Assembly (NCBI GenBank): GCA_001872625.1
Contig: MNXP01000021.1
Span: 2,052-66,051 of the forward strand
Direction: 5' to 3'
Source: Bacteroidetes bacterium CG2_30_33_31
Lineage (GTDB): Bacteria; Bacteroidota; Bacteroidia; Bacteroidales; UBA1556
Length of the DNA: 64,000 bases
Shown: positions 1 through 11,389 of the stretch, one piece after another
How positions within the stretch are numbered: position 1 is the first letter of the stretch
How the letters are laid out: each line of letters starts with the position of its first letter
The notes under the pieces: model-generated
Told to the model about the DNA's origin: nothing
Databases searched by the model: none
Seen by the model: only the letters and a program-made list of their open reading frames with translations
Position numbers and translations under genes: made by a program

Positions 1-376
1 TCCGGGTGATGCTATTTTTGGATTTGTAACTGTAGCCAAAGGTATTAGCATTCATAGGGCAGATTGTACAAATTCCATTTCTATGCACGAGCGTTATTTG
101 TACCGTATTTTGCCAGCAAAGTGGAAGAATAATGAAGAAAAAGAAAATTTTAGAGCCGAATTATTTATTAAAGGTTTCGATAAAGAAGGAGTCGTATCAG
201 ATATCACTAAAATAATAAGTCTTAATGGCAATTTGATTTCTATTAATTTGAATACTATTGGGAGAAATTTTCAAGGTAAAGTTGTTGTTTTGGTTCACGA
301 CTCAAATCAGTTGACACAATTATTAAAATCTCTTCTTAATCATCACGAAGTAATTGAGGTTTTTAGAAAAAAATAA
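1..376 (+). CDS. relA: RelA/SpoT (p)ppGpp synthetase/hydrolase, C-terminal part (5' truncated)
   Basis: Frame is open from base 2 (PGDAIFGFVTVAKGISIHRADC, the ZFD motif) and ends in an ACT domain (GFDKEGVVSDITKII). Confidence 0.85.
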   Translation, partial: PGDAIFGFVTVAKGISIHRADCTNSISMHERYLYRILPAKWKNNEEKENFRAELFIKGFDKEGVVSDITKIISLNGNLISINLNTIGRNFQGKVVVLVHDSNQLTQLLKSLLNHHEVIEVFRKK

Positions 377-480
377 ATTTATTTCAATAATTTTAATTTC
401 AAATTTGCAAATTTTATAAAAACCGTCATAATGTCATATATAATATTAGTGTAAATTTGCAGCATAATAATGATACCCAA

Positions 481-1758
481 ATGGACATTCAAACAATAAA
501 GCAAAGATTTGAGATTATTGGCAATGCGCCTCAACTAAATAGAGCAATAGATATTGCAGTTCAAGTTGCTGCAACAGATTTAACAGTTTTAATTACTGGA
601 GAAAGTGGTGTTGGAAAAGAATCTTTTCCAAAAATTATTCATAGCTTAAGTTCGCGAAAACATGGTAATTATATAGCTGTAAACTGTGGTGCAATTCCTG
701 AAGGCACTATTGATTCTGAGCTTTTTGGTCATGAAAAAGGCTCCTTCACTGGGGCTTTTGAAAGCCGTAAAGGATATTTTGAGGTTGCCAATGGTGGCAC
801 TATTTTTCTCGATGAGGTTGCTGAATTACCTCTTTCTACTCAAGTGCGACTCCTAAGAGTGTTGGAGTCGGGCGAATTTATGCGCGTTGGATCTTCCACA
901 GTTATCAAAACAGATGTTAGAGTGGTGGCAGCAACAAATGTTAACGTGCCAGAATCAATAAACAAAGGAAAATTTCGTGAAGATTTATATTATCGCTTGA
1001 ATACTGTGCCAATTAATGTGCCTGCTTTACGCGATAGAAAAGATGATATATTGTTGCTATTTAGGAAATTTAGCTCGGATTTTTCTGTGAAATATAGAAT
1101 GCCTGCTTTACAACTTTCTATTGATGCTGCTAATCTTTTGGTAAATTATCACTGGCGTGGAAATGTAAGACAGCTTAAAAATATTACCGAACAAATTTCC
1201 ATCATTGAAAAGGAGAGATTTATTGGTTCCGAAATTCTTTCTAAATATTTGCCCGACGATGGCTTTAAATCTAATTTACCTGTTATATTTCGTGAGCAAA
1301 TGGGCGATAACGAGCATATAAGTGAAAGAGATTTACTTTATAAAGTCCTTTTCGATATGAAAAGAGACCTAAACGACCTTAAGGAATTAGTTCATGAAAT
1401 TATGGACGAAGATGATTTGCCACAAAAACCTAGAAATTCTGATAGCCATATCATTAGAAAAATTATTAATGATGATATCGATGAATCTGGCAAATTGAAT
1501 CAAGATGACTTTGAGGCAGAAGAAATAAAAACTACAACATCAATTTTAAGTGGTTTTTCTAAGCAAAACAATTCATCAATAAATTCTCCAATACAAGAAT
1601 CTGTGGTGTTGGATGAGTCTCTTTCTCTCCAAAATAATGAGGTAGAAATGATAAAAAGAGCTTTGAAAAAACATAACAATAAAAGAAAAAATGCCGCATC
1701 AGATTTAGGTATTTCTGAACGAACACTTTATAGGAAAATTAAAGAATTTAATCTCTAA
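481..1758 (+). CDS. Sigma54-interacting AAA+ transcriptional activator with Fis-type HTH and no receiver domain
   Basis: GESGVGKE Walker A, ELFGHEKGSFTGA, FLDEV, FREDLYYRL and C-terminal LGISERTLYRK. The ATG at 481 is preferred over the TTG at 457. Confidence 0.9.
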   Translation: MDIQTIKQRFEIIGNAPQLNRAIDIAVQVAATDLTVLITGESGVGKESFPKIIHSLSSRKHGNYIAVNCGAIPEGTIDSELFGHEKGSFTGAFESRKGYFEVANGGTIFLDEVAELPLSTQVRLLRVLESGEFMRVGSSTVIKTDVRVVAATNVNVPESINKGKFREDLYYRLNTVPINVPALRDRKDDILLLFRKFSSDFSVKYRMPALQLSIDAANLLVNYHWRGNVRQLKNITEQISIIEKERFIGSEILSKYLPDDGFKSNLPVIFREQMGDNEHISERDLLYKVLFDMKRDLNDLKELVHEIMDEDDLPQKPRNSDSHIIRKIINDDIDESGKLNQDDFEAEEIKTTTSILSGFSKQNNSSINSPIQESVVLDESLSLQNNEVEMIKRALKKHNNKRKNAASDLGISERTLYRKIKEFNL

Positions 1759-1763
1759 AATCG

Positions 1764-2264
1764 ATGAAAAGTAGAAATATTTACGTCTTTATAATTTTTA
1801 TCTCATTGTTTACCTCTTCTTGTGGCATATATTCGTTTACAGGCTCAAAAATTAATGCAAAAACAATTTCCATAGATTATTTTGCTAATAAGGCTTCTAT
1901 AATACAGCCATCATTAAGTCAGATACTTACTGATGGTTTCCGCGATAAATTTGTTAATCAAACTAAACTTGATTTGGTTAAAAGAGATGCTGAATTACAC
2001 CTTGAAGGCGAGATTACTGAGTATTCTGTTTCACCTGTTGCAATTCAAAGCGATCAAACAGCTGCACTCAACAGACTTCTAATTAAAGTAAATGTTAGAT
2101 TCACTAATACTTTGGATGACAAACAAAGCTTCGAACAGACTTTTAGCCAATATAAAGATTTCCAATCTTCGCTTAGCCTTTCGGCAGTGGAATCTCAATT
2201 AATTGATGAAATTGTGAAAAGCATTGTTGAAGATGTATTTAATAAGGCACTTGTAAATTGGTAA
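1764..2264 (+). CDS. lptE: LptE-family lipoprotein
   Basis: Lipobox TSSC-GIYSFTG, C-terminal FNKALVNW, and the conserved position after the sigma54 activator in Bacteroidota. Confidence 0.7.
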   Translation: MKSRNIYVFIIFISLFTSSCGIYSFTGSKINAKTISIDYFANKASIIQPSLSQILTDGFRDKFVNQTKLDLVKRDAELHLEGEITEYSVSPVAIQSDQTAALNRLLIKVNVRFTNTLDDKQSFEQTFSQYKDFQSSLSLSAVESQLIDEIVKSIVEDVFNKALVNW

Positions 2265-2267
2265 AAT

Positions 2268-3116
2268 ATGAATAACAGCGATTTAAATAGATTTATTCAA
2301 CCAGATTACCACTTCAAAAAAGAAGATATTTTAATTTTACAGAATATTATTCAGAAACATCCTTGGTTTCAACTTGCACATCATTTTTTGGCAAAAGCTT
2401 GTTACCAAAATTCAACCAATGATTATAAAACGTGCTTAAACTCAGCAGCTTTCTATTCTAATGTTAGCGATGCTCTTTATAAATATATTTATGATGAAAA
2501 AGGAAAAGCAAATGAAACTTCAAATGAAATTATTGAATTAAAGAATAATTTTACTATTGAAAAAGATGGTGAAGAAAAAGAAATAAATTCTGTTGAAAAT
2601 CATAAGGAAATAATTAAAAATCGCTTAGCAGAAATTGAGAAAGAGAATGAAACTGCCTCAGAAAGTCTTGAGGAAAAGAAACTCTTAAATACAAATATTG
2701 CTGTAGAAGATAAACAAGATGTTGTTGTAAATGAAGAGCTTGCTGATAAGAAAGATGATTCTTCGTATTCAAGTTTTATTGAAAAGGGAGAAGATAATAT
2801 TATAAATACTGATGAATTATCTGAATTTTCTAAGCTCGGTGGCAAATTAGAACAGACAAGTATTCTTAATAAATTTATTCAAAATGAACCTTCGATTAAC
2901 AGACCTGCCGATGGACCTTATGGCGAAACCTTACGTCTGGCAAAGGAAAGTCTTGAAGATAGATTGGATGTGGTTTCGGAGACATTGGCAGAGATTTATT
3001 ATAAGCAAGATAATGCGCAAAAAGCTGTAAAAATATATAAACAATTAATTTTGAAAGTTCCAGAAAAAAAACGTTACTTTGCAGCCCGAATTAAGGAAAT
3101 ATTAGAAAATAAGTAA
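2268..3116 (+). CDS. Conserved hypothetical protein with C-terminal TPR-like motif
   Basis: SETLAEIYYKQ...KAVKIYKQLILKVPEKKRYFA C-terminus, located upstream of secG. Confidence 0.7.
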   Translation: MNNSDLNRFIQPDYHFKKEDILILQNIIQKHPWFQLAHHFLAKACYQNSTNDYKTCLNSAAFYSNVSDALYKYIYDEKGKANETSNEIIELKNNFTIEKDGEEKEINSVENHKEIIKNRLAEIEKENETASESLEEKKLLNTNIAVEDKQDVVVNEELADKKDDSSYSSFIEKGEDNIINTDELSEFSKLGGKLEQTSILNKFIQNEPSINRPADGPYGETLRLAKESLEDRLDVVSETLAEIYYKQDNAQKAVKIYKQLILKVPEKKRYFAARIKEILENK

Positions 3117-3128
3117 AATTAAATAGCT

Positions 3129-3515
3129 ATGGGTATTTATTATATGATTTCAATATTGATATTTATTGTATGTATATTATTGATATTGGTGGTTTTAGTA
3201 CAAAATTCAAAAGGTGGTGGACTCACTTCTACCTTCGCTGCATCCAATCAAGTTTTGGGTGTAAAAAAGACTGCAGACTTCCTCGAAAAGACTACTTGGA
3301 CACTTGCAATTTCTCTTTTATTACTTACTCTATCGACAATTTTTGTAATACCCCGCAGCGAAAATACTTCTGCAAGTGAAAATACCACACTTCAATATCT
3401 GCAAGAAAACGAAACTGCAAAACCTATAAATTATAATCCAGCTGTAAATCCTCAGGCAGAGAAACCTCAAGAAGCTCCAGCCAAAGAAAATGAAGGACAA
3501 CAAATACCAAAATAG
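3129..3515 (+). CDS. secG: Preprotein translocase subunit SecG
   Basis: Two TM helices, VLVQNSKGGGL and FLEKTTW. Confidence 0.92.
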   Translation: MGIYYMISILIFIVCILLILVVLVQNSKGGGLTSTFAASNQVLGVKKTADFLEKTTWTLAISLLLLTLSTIFVIPRSENTSASENTTLQYLQENETAKPINYNPAVNPQAEKPQEAPAKENEGQQIPK

Positions 3516-3533
3516 AGTTTGGAAAGATATCTT

Positions 3534-3571
3534 AAAATGTCAGAATGTCACAATGTTCTGACATTTTTTTT
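3534..3571 (+). terminator. Hairpin/intrinsic terminator after secG (also carries TGTCA repeats)
   Basis: AAAATGTCAGAA-N10-TTCTGACATTTT followed by a T run. Confidence 0.65.
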
Positions 3572-3659
3572 GCTATCATTATTAGTGCAAATTTCATCAT
3601 ATCAATATGATAAGTTAAATATTTATCCTAAAAACGGTTTCAATTTTATTATGTTCTAT

Positions 3660-3675
3660 TTGGCATAAAATTCGA
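3660..3675 (+). promoter_or_regulatory. Possible sigma54 (-24/-12)-like promoter of groES
   Basis: TTGGCATAAAATTCGA: GG-N10-GA, which departs from the canonical GC at -12. Confidence 0.4.
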
Positions 3676-3723
3676 CAAACCGAAAAAAGATTAAAATTAA
3701 TTTAAACAAATATTATATTTATT

Positions 3724-4002
3724 ATGAGCAAAACAAATATTAAACCTCTTGGAACTCGCGTTTTAGTTGAGGTTGTGGAGTCTGAAGAGAAGACTATAAG
3801 CGGAATTATCATCCCCGATTCAGCAAAAGAAAAACAACAAAAAGGCACTGTTTTAGCAGTAGGTAAAGGCACAGAAAAAGAAAAAATGGAAGTGAAAGTC
3901 GGTGATCTCGTTGTTTATGGCAAATATGCTGGTACCGAAATCGAAGATGGTGGGAAATCATATCTCATCTTAAATCAAAGCGATATCCTCGCAACTTTAT
4001 AA
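3724..4002 (+). CDS. groES: Co-chaperonin GroES
   Basis: [29 protein letters not shown]. Confidence 0.98.
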   Translation: MSKTNIKPLGTRVLVEVVESEEKTISGIIIPDSAKEKQQKGTVLAVGKGTEKEKMEVKVGDLVVYGKYAGTEIEDGGKSYLILNQSDILATL

Positions 4003-4017
4003 GACTATTTATTGTAA

Positions 4018-5670
<1,653 letters not shown>

Positions 5671-5699
5671 AATTAGCCTCAAATATTAATTTATTAAAT

Positions 5700-5733
5700 T
5701 AAAGCTCTTTCTTGATGGAAAGAGCTTTTTTTT
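5700..5733 (+). terminator. Intrinsic terminator after groEL
   Basis: AAAGCTCTTTC-TTGATG-GAAAGAGCTTT plus T tract. Confidence 0.85.
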
Positions 5734-5890
5734 CGTTGTCATCTTTAATATTTAAAACTTATTGTTAATGTCTTCATCGATTGAAGTAAAATCTTTAATT
5801 CAAATATTTTTATCGTCAGCTTTCTTTGATTTTATTTAGTAGGATGCGAATTTGTTCATTTTATATGAACTGAAACTATTCAGCTCTCGG

Positions 5891-7699
5891 TTAAATCTCA
5901 TTAAATCTTTTGCGAGCCTCTATAGTGAATAGACTTCCGGGATAATTAAGCAGCATTTTTTCATAATATACTTTTGCTTTTTTATTGTCTTTTAAAATAT
6001 TATCATAAAGCCTCGCCAGTTCAATTAAAGCATTATCGGCTATGGAAGAATTTGGAAAATTATCTACTGTTTTTTGAAAATGTTCAATAGCTTTTTGATA
6101 ATCAGCAAGTTCAAGATACATTTGAGCTCGTTTATATTCTACATTGGGTAAAATTAGGTAATTAGGAAAGAGATTTTCCAAGGTATCAAGTTTCAAAAAA
6201 GCTTCATCAAATTTTTTCTGTAGCACCAAGAGTTCAGCCTCTGCAAAGCGCGACAAAGAAGTATATGAAGAGTCTGGATCCATATTTTCAGAAATAAGAA
6301 GTGAAAGTTCCATCGCATCATTTGCTATAAGTTTTGATGTGGCTCCTTTCAGTACATCCAATTGTGTTTTGGCCCAATCTATTTGGCCTACGTAATAGAA
6401 AAATTTTGCCGCCTTAAATTTTGCCTCATAGCCAATTGGTTCATTGGTGTAAGCTTTTTCAACTTGTTTGTAAAGCAAACTTGCACTCCATTTTTCGCCT
6501 GCAAAAAGTAAAACATCACCGAGTTCTAATTTTATTTCTGCATTATCTAAAGGTTTTAAATTATTGATATTTAATATTCTGTTTAATAATGTCTTTGCAT
6601 AATCGGTATTGTGCAAATAAAAGGCTTCTATATGAGCAAGTTGCTTCATAAGCTCCATGGTATTTAGGTTTTCGCCATATTTATCAAGAACGTTTTTATA
6701 ATTTTCGGCTAATTTCTGGATTATAACTTTATTAATATTTGAATTTTTGGTGATATCCAGAAACTGAGCATTTAGGATATTAATTTCTGCTGAAATAAAA
6801 AATCTGTTTGATGTTCCCAAATTTAAAAGATATTGATATGCATCCACTGCTAATTTATATTGAAAATTAGAAATAAGAATATTCGCCAATTGAAAAACTC
6901 TTTCGCCGCCTTCATTAAATTGTTTGTCGAGTGATTTTGCCTGAATCAAGGCTAAATCAAATTCATGTTTTTGAAGTGAATACCAATAAAGTAACTCAGA
7001 ATAAATTGTCTTTGATGGATTATTTTGAGTTCGTTTCAACAGTTCGTCATGCAATGCATCAGAAATTTTTGAGCTTCCTTCGGCAGCAATTATAAGCTGA
7101 AGTTTCCCTTTTACCAAATCCAGATATTCTTGATTAGCATCTATCATATCTAAATAGCTGCTTATCATATTATTATATTCTCCTTTGCTCAAATACATAT
7201 CTGCAATTTCGATATTTAATGGAGGAGTAAACATGTTTTTGCCTTTTTCTAATATTTGAAGACTATAGTCGTAATGTTGCCTGTTTTGAAATGCGTTTGA
7301 GAGTTCAATATATTTTTCTCTATTCTTTGGAAGATCTTTAATGGTTTTTTTATAAATTTTTTCTGCCTTTTTTGTATCCCCTTTTAACTCATTAACATAT
7401 CCCAACTCTACATTATATTTTTGGTTTTCGGGATTTATCGAAGCAACTTTGGAAACAAATTTCTCTGCTGCATTATAGTCTTTTTGAGCAAAAAGACAGT
7501 TCAAATAGTAACCGTAATAGAAAGTTGACGGATTTTTATCATAGATAGCTTTATAAAGCTGTGAAGCTTTATCAAATTCTCCATTCTGATAATACTGTAA
7601 AGCAAGTTGCTCATTTACATCCACTTGACAAATTCCTTTAATGGATAAAACCATTAAAATAAATGACAGATATATAAAATGAGCAATGCCTTTAAACAT
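5891..7699 (-). CDS. Secreted tetratricopeptide repeat protein
   Basis: Signal peptide, many TPR-like helical repeats, LIANDAMELS motif. Confidence 0.8.
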   Translation of the reverse strand: MFKGIAHFIYLSFILMVLSIKGICQVDVNEQLALQYYQNGEFDKASQLYKAIYDKNPSTFYYGYYLNCLFAQKDYNAAEKFVSKVASINPENQKYNVELGYVNELKGDTKKAEKIYKKTIKDLPKNREKYIELSNAFQNRQHYDYSLQILEKGKNMFTPPLNIEIADMYLSKGEYNNMISSYLDMIDANQEYLDLVKGKLQLIIAAEGSSKISDALHDELLKRTQNNPSKTIYSELLYWYSLQKHEFDLALIQAKSLDKQFNEGGERVFQLANILISNFQYKLAVDAYQYLLNLGTSNRFFISAEINILNAQFLDITKNSNINKVIIQKLAENYKNVLDKYGENLNTMELMKQLAHIEAFYLHNTDYAKTLLNRILNINNLKPLDNAEIKLELGDVLLFAGEKWSASLLYKQVEKAYTNEPIGYEAKFKAAKFFYYVGQIDWAKTQLDVLKGATSKLIANDAMELSLLISENMDPDSSYTSLSRFAEAELLVLQKKFDEAFLKLDTLENLFPNYLILPNVEYKRAQMYLELADYQKAIEHFQKTVDNFPNSSIADNALIELARLYDNILKDNKKAKVYYEKMLLNYPGSLFTIEARKRFNEI

Positions 7700-7701
7700 T
7701 A

Positions 7702-8973
7702 TTAATCGATAAATTCAAAACCTGTGTAAGGCACTAAAAGCTTTGGAATTCTGATACGGTTTTCTTCTTGATTATTTTCAAGCAAGGCAGCTACAATTCT
7801 TGGTAAAGCAAGAGCGCTTCCATTTAATGTATGAGCTAAGGCCTTTTTCCCATTTTCATCATTGAATCTAAGTTTTAGTCTATTAGCTTGATAACTCTCA
7901 AAATTTGAAACAGAGCTAACTTCTAACCAACGTTTTTGTGCGGCAGAAAATACTTCCATATCATAAGTTAGGGCTGAAGTAAAACTTAAATCGCCTCCAC
8001 AAAGTCTAAGAACTCTATAAGGCAATTCCAAATCTACCAAAAGTGATTGAACATAAGTGCTCATTTCTTCCAATCTAATATAAGATTTTTCTGGATGCTC
8101 AATTACCACAATTTCTACTTTATCAAATTGGTGAAGTCGATTTAATCCACGAACATCTTTACCATAGGAGCCAGCTTCTCTACGAAAACATGCTGAGTAA
8201 GCTGTATTTCTGATAGGTAAATCATTCATTTCCACAATAGTATTTCTGTAGATATTTGTAACTGGAACTTCAGCGGTCGGGATTAAATAATATCCATCTT
8301 CGTTGGTAAAGTACATTTGACTGTCCTTATCTGGCAGTTGACCAGTACCATAGCCGCTTGCTTCATTTACCATGTATGGTGGCTGAATTTCGCGATAACC
8401 AGCAGCAGTAGCTCTATCTAAAAAGAAGTTGATAAGTGCTCTTTGAAGTCGAGCCCCTTTGCCTTTATATACTGGAAATCCAGCGCCAGTAATTTTATTG
8501 CCCAATTCAAAGTCAATAATATCGTATTTAGATGCTAATTCCCAATGAGGCAAAGCAGTTTTGGAAAGAAGTGGAATTTCACCCTTGCTGAGTACAATTT
8601 CGTTATCGGTTTCGGATTTGCCTTTAGGAACTGAAATGTGCGGTACATTAGGAATCACTAAGAGTTTGTTTACAAGCTCATTCGACACAGAATTTAAAGT
8701 TTCATTTAGGACTTTAGATCTTTCTTTAAATTCTCCAGTTTTAAATTTTGCTTTGCCAGCCTGCTCAATTTTACCACTTTTATAAAGCATGCCAATTTCC
8801 TTAGAAATTTTATTGCTTTCTGCTAAGATGTCGTCAAGTTCTTTCTGAATATTTTTGCGCTTGTTGTCAAGGCTCAAAATTTCTTTGAAAATTTTATTTG
8901 CATCATAGTTTTTTACTGCCAGAAGTTTGATGTATTCTTCTAAATTTTGCCTGATATTATTTACTGTAAGCAT
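7702..8973 (-). CDS. serS: Serine--tRNA ligase
   Basis: LIPTAEVP, FRREAGSYG, EVSSVSN, HTLNGSALA. Confidence 0.98.
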   Translation of the reverse strand: MLTVNNIRQNLEEYIKLLAVKNYDANKIFKEILSLDNKRKNIQKELDDILAESNKISKEIGMLYKSGKIEQAGKAKFKTGEFKERSKVLNETLNSVSNELVNKLLVIPNVPHISVPKGKSETDNEIVLSKGEIPLLSKTALPHWELASKYDIIDFELGNKITGAGFPVYKGKGARLQRALINFFLDRATAAGYREIQPPYMVNEASGYGTGQLPDKDSQMYFTNEDGYYLIPTAEVPVTNIYRNTIVEMNDLPIRNTAYSACFRREAGSYGKDVRGLNRLHQFDKVEIVVIEHPEKSYIRLEEMSTYVQSLLVDLELPYRVLRLCGGDLSFTSALTYDMEVFSAAQKRWLEVSSVSNFESYQANRLKLRFNDENGKKALAHTLNGSALALPRIVAALLENNQEENRIRIPKLLVPYTGFEFID

Positions 8974-8993
8974 TTTGTAATAATTTTAGCTTG

Positions 8994-9001
8994 CAAAAAT
9001 A
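8994..9001 (-). promoter_or_regulatory. Bacteroidota -7 promoter element for serS
   Basis: TATTTTTG (TAnnTTTG) on the minus strand, 20 nt upstream of the ATG. Confidence 0.55.
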
Positions 9002-9171
9002 TCATAATTTCGGTTTGCTTTTTGGTTTAATAATAATATTGAGTGGTTAAAATATTATAAAAATAATTATACGATTTGGAATTTTGAGATATAAACCAAA
9101 TTTGATTTTTATAAAAAAATTTAACTCACAATTAAGTCAAATAATAGCTTATAATGAAGTTATTAGTATTA

Positions 9172-9969
9172 TTATTTTGAAAATGAAAATACATTCCAAC
9201 CATTTTCTGCAGCCACTTTTTGAGCTCCTTGATTCTGCATAATTCCACCACCCCAGTAATTGAGGTCATATATATTTGGTTCTTTAAACCATTTTTCAAA
9301 ATTCATCCTGATGTTGATATTAGTGGTTACTCCACCTGATATTGTGAAAGAACTTGATGGCAAACTTACGCGGAAGGAATTATCAATAAAGGGTAAAATG
9401 ACATTGCCTAAGGAATCATAGTTTTGTCCAATTCCAAGATGGAACCCAAATCCCGCTTTAATATTATTAACATCTAACCACTTGCCATTTAGCTTCATAT
9501 AATGGTATCCTCCGCCAATTACATCTGGCCATGACATATCTTTTTCGGGAAAATTGACAAACATTCCAGTGATGTTTTTATCGCTGCTGATGCCAAAATG
9601 GAATGCTAAAGAGTCATAATCTCCTATGTTAATGTCATCATAAACATTCCAAACTAAACTACTTGGAATCTGAGAATCAATGTAATGATAGTCAACCCAG
9701 CCTTTTATCATTGTAGAATTGCCGCCATGTTTATACAAAGTAACATCGCTAATAAAATATTGAACATCACTAACAAGATAATGATTGCCAGCCGCATTTA
9801 TATAAATCATAGTATCAAAAATTGCTGGTGAGCCATCTACGTAGTTTTGGAAATTAATTTGTAATTTTCCTGTTGTAGGGTCGTTATTAACAACTGTTTT
9901 TTTGCAGGATACAAAAGTTAGACTTAAATAAGTAGCGGCTAATATTAAGGTAAAAAAGAGTTTTTTCAT
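9172..9969 (-). CDS. mbnP: MbnP-family copper-binding lipoprotein
   Basis: Lipobox FVSC, MSW...GGGYHYMKLNG, FHLG, directly downstream of the di-heme peroxidase. Start ATG at 9969 (MKKLFF). Confidence 0.75.
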   Translation of the reverse strand: MKKLFFTLILAATYLSLTFVSCKKTVVNNDPTTGKLQINFQNYVDGSPAIFDTMIYINAAGNHYLVSDVQYFISDVTLYKHGGNSTMIKGWVDYHYIDSQIPSSLVWNVYDDINIGDYDSLAFHFGISSDKNITGMFVNFPEKDMSWPDVIGGGYHYMKLNGKWLDVNNIKAGFGFHLGIGQNYDSLGNVILPFIDNSFRVSLPSSSFTISGGVTTNINIRMNFEKWFKEPNIYDLNYWGGGIMQNQGAQKVAAENGWNVFSFSK

Positions 9970-9979
9970 GGCAATACTT

Positions 9980-11083
9980 TTAAAGATGAATTTTTGCATA
10001 ATTTGGATTATGAATGTAGGATGTGTCTGTAAGGCACAAAAGAAATGCTTTTAAATCGGCTTTCTGCTGAGGATTTAGTGCTGCACCATGACCGTAAGGA
10101 GGTCTAACTTTATGCATGAGTGGATGCGCATATTCAGAATATACCAAGCCTTCGCTGTAAAAATTTATTACTTCGTCCAAAGTTTTGAATCTGCCATCGT
10201 GCATATATGGTCCAGTCAATTCTACATTTCTTAATGTTGGAGCTTTATATGCCCCAATATCATTGTGGTTTCCAGTAACAGAATACCTGTCTCCAATTCC
10301 ATTAAAAGAGCTGTCCTTTGCATTATTGTAAAAAAGGTTAGTAGTCATAAGTGGATTTGATGGTTGCCCATGACAATGAAAGCAATCTGCACCACTTTCG
10401 GTAGTAAAAAGAACCATACCGTTTCTTTCAGAGTTAGTAAAATTATATTCTCCTCTTAGTACTTTATCCAATTTGGAATCGCTCGAAACCATTGAACGTA
10501 CAAATTGGCCTATAGCTTTAGCAATCAACTCTTTGCTGATGACTTTTGTTCCAAAAGCGGCTTCAAACATAGCAGGATATTCTGGTACAGCCGACAAGGC
10601 AGCCACTACTTTTTCCCATGTAGAAGCGAATTCACTTTGAAGAGTTATGGCTCCATAAATATCTTCTTCAATTGATGATGCACCACCATTCCAGGCAAAA
10701 GTTCCAGGATTCCATGCAAGATTGATGTGAGGTAGCATTACATTATCTGTTTCTATTCCCATAACTCCAATTCCTTTTCCAGTGCCATTTTCAAAGGAAT
10801 TAATTTGCTTATGGCAAGATGAACAGCTGAGGCCTTTGCCTTCATCTGCTCTACCTGAAAGGCGGTCATCATAATACAAATAATGGCCAAGTTTTACGCC
10901 TTCAACTGTCAAAGGATTGTTGGCAGGGATATTTACATTTGTTGGAAAACCTTTTGGAATCACAAAATTATAAGGTGTTGGTGCTTTAATAGTTGTTACT
11001 GGCGGATCTTTCTTGCATGAATAAAATATATTTGTAGCAATTAAGAGTAACAAAAACACTTTTTTATGCGAAATGCTTTTCAT
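9980..11083 (-). CDS. mbnH: Di-heme cytochrome c peroxidase/MauG family lipoprotein (MbnH-like)
   Basis: CSSCH and CFHCH, NPLT..GV.LG..L.YD.RLS, APTLRNVELTGPYMHDGRF. Confidence 0.85.
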   Translation of the reverse strand: MKSISHKKVFLLLLIATNIFYSCKKDPPVTTIKAPTPYNFVIPKGFPTNVNIPANNPLTVEGVKLGHYLYYDDRLSGRADEGKGLSCSSCHKQINSFENGTGKGIGVMGIETDNVMLPHINLAWNPGTFAWNGGASSIEEDIYGAITLQSEFASTWEKVVAALSAVPEYPAMFEAAFGTKVISKELIAKAIGQFVRSMVSSDSKLDKVLRGEYNFTNSERNGMVLFTTESGADCFHCHGQPSNPLMTTNLFYNNAKDSSFNGIGDRYSVTGNHNDIGAYKAPTLRNVELTGPYMHDGRFKTLDEVINFYSEGLVYSEYAHPLMHKVRPPYGHGAALNPQQKADLKAFLLCLTDTSYIHNPNYAKIHL

Positions 11084-11389
11084 AGATATTTATTTGAATG
11101 GTTGTTTAAATATGGATTGCGTTTTAGACACCAGAATCATATTTAAAGTTGCTTTTTGAAAATTCAATAAAATTGGTTTGTTTATATGCTAATATTAGAT
11201 GCAAGAATAATTTAATTTAACTATTGAAGAGATCTCTCAAATATAATTTATAAAAATATATTAATTTAAAGTATTAATATACAATATTATAATGTAAAAA
11301 TAAAAATAAATTCTAAATAATTTATTTTATTATACAACTTATTAAATCATTTTTTAGTCTTTGGGAATATCAATTAAAACCAGAAATTC

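Noticed and set aside
3570-3600. CIRCE element before groES
   Set aside because: Only a partial TAGTGCAAA resemblance, with no TTAGCACTC-N9-GAGTGCTAA.
5735-5890. Possible decayed minus-strand ORF (MNKFASY*IKSKK...)
   Set aside because: Short, several stops, and no recognisable similarity.
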